The notes under the pieces were generated by a model. That model did not search any database. It was given only the letters and a program-made list of their open reading frames with translations, and had not been told where the DNA came from. Positions 56,084-59,668 of a stretch of DNA of 59,668 bases are shown here, piece by piece. Position 1 is the first letter of the stretch. The number at the start of each line of letters is the position of its first letter. Source of the stretch: an uncultured Alphaproteobacteria bacterium. GTDB taxonomy: Bacteria; Pseudomonadota; Alphaproteobacteria; RF32; CAG-239. The position numbers and the translations under genes were made by a program. The stretch is from positions 1 to 59,668 of the forward strand of contig CALXWF010000027.1 in the NCBI GenBank assembly GCA_944392285.1. The letters are read 5' to 3'.

Positions 56084-56190
56084 AGAAATACAACCCCAAT
56101 TTTAGTCAATACTTGATTTTTAGAAGAAATATCTTTTGGCGTCAAAAAAATATCTGTTTTAATCACAACTTATTAACACTAAATTAACCT

Positions 56191-57816
56191 TTAAGGAAGA
56201 CGACAAGCGGCAAAAATATCCAAACTTTTATCATACAAAGCCGTTGTGACACCACCGATTCCCAAAACGCTATGAAACAAATTATCATGAGAATACTGCC
56301 GAGAGACATTTTTAAGCAAACATTCCTTATCCACACGCCAAGCCTTGGCCGTATCATCAGGCAGCCACATCAAAAACGGAATATGCGTTTGCGTATCGGG
56401 TGCAATCACATATGGCGCCGCATGCAAATAAATACCGTTCTCTCCGAGAGATTCCCCATGATCGGAAGCATAAATCAAAATCGGATGATATTTGCTCTGC
56501 AGTTGCTTCAACACCTCAATAATTTCGGCTAAAGACAAACTGGTTTCATAAATACTATTATCATAGGCATTAATAATTTCTTGTTGACTGCACAAATCCA
56601 AACGCTCGGTTTCGCAAGCCGGCATAAACCGTTCACTTTCCGGCCGATAGCGCAAATAATAAGCCGGCCCGTGGCTTCCTTGCTGATGCAAAACCACCAC
56701 CTGATTTTGCGCCGTTTCTTCTATTTTTTGTGCCAAACCTTGAACCAAAGCCGCGTCAAGACAATGCCCGCCTTTGCATAAAACCTCCGTTTCCACTCGA
56801 TTACAAACGCCCTTACAGCCAGAGTTATTTTCTCGCCACCAAACTTTATACCCCGCACGCTGCATAATATCGAGCAGATTTTCCGTATAAGCGGCTCGAC
56901 TGGCACTAAAATTCTGCGCATTGTCGGCCGCAAACATACAAGGCACCGAAATTGCGGTAGACGTCCCGCAAGCCTTAACTTTCGGATAATTTATCAAATC
57001 AGCCGCAAAAGGTTCTAAAGGTTCATTAGTATCTCTCTCATAACCGTTAAGTGAAAAATTTGCCGCGCGCGCTGTCTCTCCGACCACCAAAACAATCAGA
57101 TTCTTTTTGTTATCGCTAATTTGGTTGAAATCAAATTTTGCATCTTCACCGATTTTAACCAATGGCCGATTCGCACGCCATTTGATTTTAACTGCCGAAA
57201 TAACCGCACCGATATAATTAACCGGCAACAAATAATATTTAACATCTCGATTATTGCGGGCAAATTGTGCCACATATTTAAAATTACCAAAAATCAACCC
57301 TGCCGCCACCGCAAGAGAAAACAATATCATGAGCAAGCGGTACCAAATTTCTCGCGATAGAGGCGCATAAATAATTTTTGTCTTATAAACAAGCCAAGCC
57401 GGAACAACACCAAAAAACAAAAAATCAGCCACAAAGGCCATATTAAACAGGTCTGCCGCTTCACTCTTGTCCGTTTCCAAAACATTAAGCAGCATAATCT
57501 TGTCAACGGCAATATTAAATGTCACCATAAAATAATAGACCACGCCGTTCATCAATAAGATTAAGATTGTTAAAGGCTTAAGCGTATATTTAAAAAACAA
57601 CAGATTCGCCGCCAAATTAAATAATGCGGCAAAGCAAATAAAAGTTAAAGTTTGAAATAAACAACTCTCACCAAGTTCTTCAATTTTATTGAAAAATACT
57701 TGATTATAGAGCAGCAGCACGCCAGCCGCAAAAATCAGGTTAAACCTGACTGCCGAACAAGTCCAAAAATAACGTTGCTTAAAAAAAGAGCGTATTTTCA
57801 AGAAGTCGACAGCCAT
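56191..57816 (-). CDS. eptA: phosphoethanolamine transferase (EptA/LptA family, lipid A or core modification)
   Basis: N-terminal 5-TM domain plus a periplasmic sulfatase-fold domain with …LVVGETARAANFSLNGY… and …SDHGESLGENG… motifs. AAAGG SD. Lies 24 nt downstream of ugd. Confidence 0.85.
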   Translation of the reverse strand: MAVDFLKIRSFFKQRYFWTCSAVRFNLIFAAGVLLLYNQVFFNKIEELGESCLFQTLTFICFAALFNLAANLLFFKYTLKPLTILILLMNGVVYYFMVTFNIAVDKIMLLNVLETDKSEAADLFNMAFVADFLFFGVVPAWLVYKTKIIYAPLSREIWYRLLMILFSLAVAAGLIFGNFKYVAQFARNNRDVKYYLLPVNYIGAVISAVKIKWRANRPLVKIGEDAKFDFNQISDNKKNLIVLVVGETARAANFSLNGYERDTNEPLEPFAADLINYPKVKACGTSTAISVPCMFAADNAQNFSASRAAYTENLLDIMQRAGYKVWWRENNSGCKGVCNRVETEVLCKGGHCLDAALVQGLAQKIEETAQNQVVVLHQQGSHGPAYYLRYRPESERFMPACETERLDLCSQQEIINAYDNSIYETSLSLAEIIEVLKQLQSKYHPILIYASDHGESLGENGIYLHAAPYVIAPDTQTHIPFLMWLPDDTAKAWRVDKECLLKNVSRQYSHDNLFHSVLGIGGVTTALYDKSLDIFAACRLP

Positions 57817-57840
57817 AGCAGAACCTTTCTTTGAAGAAAT

Positions 57841-59157
57841 TTAAAATTCGCTTCTTGATTTAATACCGATACAGCTATATTCAAACCCCTGACGGCAAAC
57901 TTCTTCTTTGTTTAAGATATTGCGCAAATCCATAATCTGCATTTGCCGCATTTTAGCCTTAAGTTTTTCCAAATCCAGATGTTTAAATTCTTCCCATTCG
58001 GTCAGAATAACGGCAATATCAGCACCCGCACAAGCCGTATAAGGGTCTTGCGCATAGCTGACCTTATCGCCTAAAATAACTCTGGCATTATCCATTGCCT
58101 TGGGGTCATAGACAGTAACATTTTGATTATAATGCAACAAATTTTGCAAAATCTGCATCGCCGGAGACTCGCGACAATCATCTGTTCCGCCTTTAAAGGC
58201 CAAGCCCAGCACCGCAATTTTGGCTTGCGGATTATGTTTAACGGCAGCGGCCACTCTCTTAGCCATTTCCAATTTGCGCTCATCATTTTTGGCAATGGTC
58301 GTTTCAATCAAATTAAGCGAAACACCGAATTTGCGCCCCATTTGTGCCATGGCATTCGTATCTTTTGGAAAACAAGAACCGCCATATCCCGGCCCCGGAT
58401 TTAAGAACTTGCGCCCGATACGACTATCCAGCCCCATTCCTTTTGCCACTTCATTAATATCGGCACCGGCTTTTTCACAAAAATCAGCCATTTCGTTAAT
58501 ATAATGAATTTTCATCGCCAAAAAGGCGTTTGAGGCATATTTAATAGTTTCGGACGAACGACGATTAACCGCCAAAATCTCGGTTTTATCGGAAAAAGGC
58601 TGATATAAACGACGAATAACATCAAGAGCTTTTTCGCTGTTAGAGCCGATAACAATTCTGTCCGGATGAAAAAAGTCATGAAGCGCAAAACCCTCGCGCA
58701 AAAACTCCGGCAAAGAAATAACATCAAATTCCGCTTTCGGATTATGTTTTCTGATAATATCTTCAACCTCATCACCCGTACCGACAGGAACGGTAGACTT
58801 GGTTGCCACTACCGTATAACCATCCAAAAACGGAGCCAATTCTTCGGCCGCGGCATAAATATATTGCAAATCCGCCTCTTTTGTCACCGGATGCGGCGGG
58901 GTTCCAACAGCCAACATCACGACATCAGCTCCAGGAACGGCATCTTTCATATTTTGCGTAAAGCGTAAAGCGCCGGAATTTAAATGTTTCAGATAAAGCT
59001 CTTCCAACCCTTCTTCATAGAGTGTCACTTTTCCTTTATTAAGTGCTTCTATTTTCGCGGCAATTTTATCAACGCAAATAACCTGATTCCCAAGCTCAGC
59101 CAAACCGACACCGGTTGGCAGTCCGACATAACCCGTTCCGATAATTGCAATTTTCAT
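57841..59157 (-). CDS. ugd: UDP-glucose 6-dehydrogenase
   Basis: MKIAIIGTGYVGL NAD-binding motif and catalytic GGSCFPKD. ATG 59157 sits 6 nt from a GAGGA SD (ATG 59160 is an alternative). Confidence 0.9.
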   Translation of the reverse strand: MKIAIIGTGYVGLPTGVGLAELGNQVICVDKIAAKIEALNKGKVTLYEEGLEELYLKHLNSGALRFTQNMKDAVPGADVVMLAVGTPPHPVTKEADLQYIYAAAEELAPFLDGYTVVATKSTVPVGTGDEVEDIIRKHNPKAEFDVISLPEFLREGFALHDFFHPDRIVIGSNSEKALDVIRRLYQPFSDKTEILAVNRRSSETIKYASNAFLAMKIHYINEMADFCEKAGADINEVAKGMGLDSRIGRKFLNPGPGYGGSCFPKDTNAMAQMGRKFGVSLNLIETTIAKNDERKLEMAKRVAAAVKHNPQAKIAVLGLAFKGGTDDCRESPAMQILQNLLHYNQNVTVYDPKAMDNARVILGDKVSYAQDPYTACAGADIAVILTEWEEFKHLDLEKLKAKMRQMQIMDLRNILNKEEVCRQGFEYSCIGIKSRSEF

Positions 59158-59285
59158 CATAGTTCCTCAACATCTGTTAAACACAGTTAGAAGAGATTTT
59201 AAACAAAAGCTCAAAAAAAAGAAACGTTATTTACATTTTAACCACAGACATTGACATACCGCGCCGAATATTTGCAAATTTTCTG

Positions 59286-59668
59286 TTAGAGCCCCATAGA
59301 CCGAACAACGGACAAACCGTCGACGGCGGCAGACACGATTCCTCCGGCATAACCGGCGCCCTCTCCGCAAGGATAAAGCCCTGAGATATTGGCTTGCATG
59401 GTTTCGTCGCGCAAAATTTTTATCGGTGACGAGCTACGTGATTCTACGGCGGTTAACACGGCATCCGGATAATCAAAACCGGGGAGCTTTTGCGCCATTA
59501 AGGGCAATCCCGCACGCAGAGTTTCATATACAAAATCAGGCAAACATTCCCTAAGATTCGCCGGCGTCACTCCGGGAATATAACTTGGCGTTACACTGCC
59601 GAGTTTTTTGCTGGCACGATTTGCCAACAAATCTTTAAGTAACTGAACCGGCGCAAAATAATTTTCTC
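59286..59668 (-). CDS. FAD-dependent protein (COG2509-type), C-terminal part; 5' end outside the window
   Basis: The frame stays open to the window edge (ENYFAPVQLLKDLLANRASKK…). …GLYPCGEGAGYAGGIVSAAVDG… is the typical C-terminal FAD-binding motif of this family. The listed M at 59630 is an internal TTG. Confidence 0.7.
   Translation of the reverse strand, partial: ENYFAPVQLLKDLLANRASKKLGSVTPSYIPGVTPANLRECLPDFVYETLRAGLPLMAQKLPGFDYPDAVLTAVESRSSSPIKILRDETMQANISGLYPCGEGAGYAGGIVSAAVDGLSVVRSMGL

Noticed and set aside
1-59668. CRISPR arrays, IS elements, prophage or classical defence-system genes (restriction-modification, Cas, abortive infection ATPase-nuclease pairs)
   Set aside because: No regularly spaced direct repeats were seen. 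No transposase, integrase, recombinase, reverse transcriptase, methyltransferase or nuclease-type ORFs were recognised in any frame. All intergenic gaps are under 190 nt.

Overview
This is a 59.7-kb, gene-dense chromosomal segment of a Gram-negative (diderm) bacterium. I can support about 57 protein genes, one tRNA (CAT anticodon) and about a dozen hairpin terminators. I recognised no rRNA, CRISPR array, transposase, integrase or phage structural gene. The backbone is housekeeping DNA in an order typical of Alphaproteobacteria (an inference from synteny and protein families): pyrH-frr-uppS-cdsA-rseP-bamA-lpxD-fabZ ... lpxA-lpxI-lpxB (LpxI rather than LpxH), plsY-dprA-topA and hflK-hflC-degP-holC, plus prfC, comEC, uvrD, a eukaryote/archaeal-like hisS, apbC/mrp and motAB. 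On top of this sit an anaerobe-style oxidative-stress locus (flavodiiron protein divergent from perR-rubrerythrin), an adjacent Bat-like TPR-MoxR-DUF58-TPR operon, an LPS-modification pair (ugd-eptA), and several accessory genes that mostly lack Shine-Dalgarno (SD) sites. Four things deserve a second look. (1) A tightly packed four-gene operon at 36.6-38.8 kb encodes a periplasm-facing CxxC membrane protein, a soluble protein with a CC tail, a CPHC thioredoxin-fold lipoprotein and a tandem-ArsR regulator. A palindrome overlaps its promoter, and it is my best candidate for an undescribed envelope thiol/metal relay system. (2) A 658-aa flagellin with a roughly 400-aa beta-helix-like insert is lodged inside the otherwise conserved lpxD-fabZ/lpxA cluster. 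(3) A 1561-aa autotransporter has an N-terminus that combines a signal peptide, ankyrin repeats, a second hydrophobic/poly-Gly segment and a TonB-like (PE)n spacer. (4) A 529-aa protein without a signal peptide combines an ImmA/IrrE-like HELGH metallopeptidase motif with an NlpC/P60-like Cys/His module. All functional calls rest on motif and family recognition by eye. No database search or folding computation was possible.
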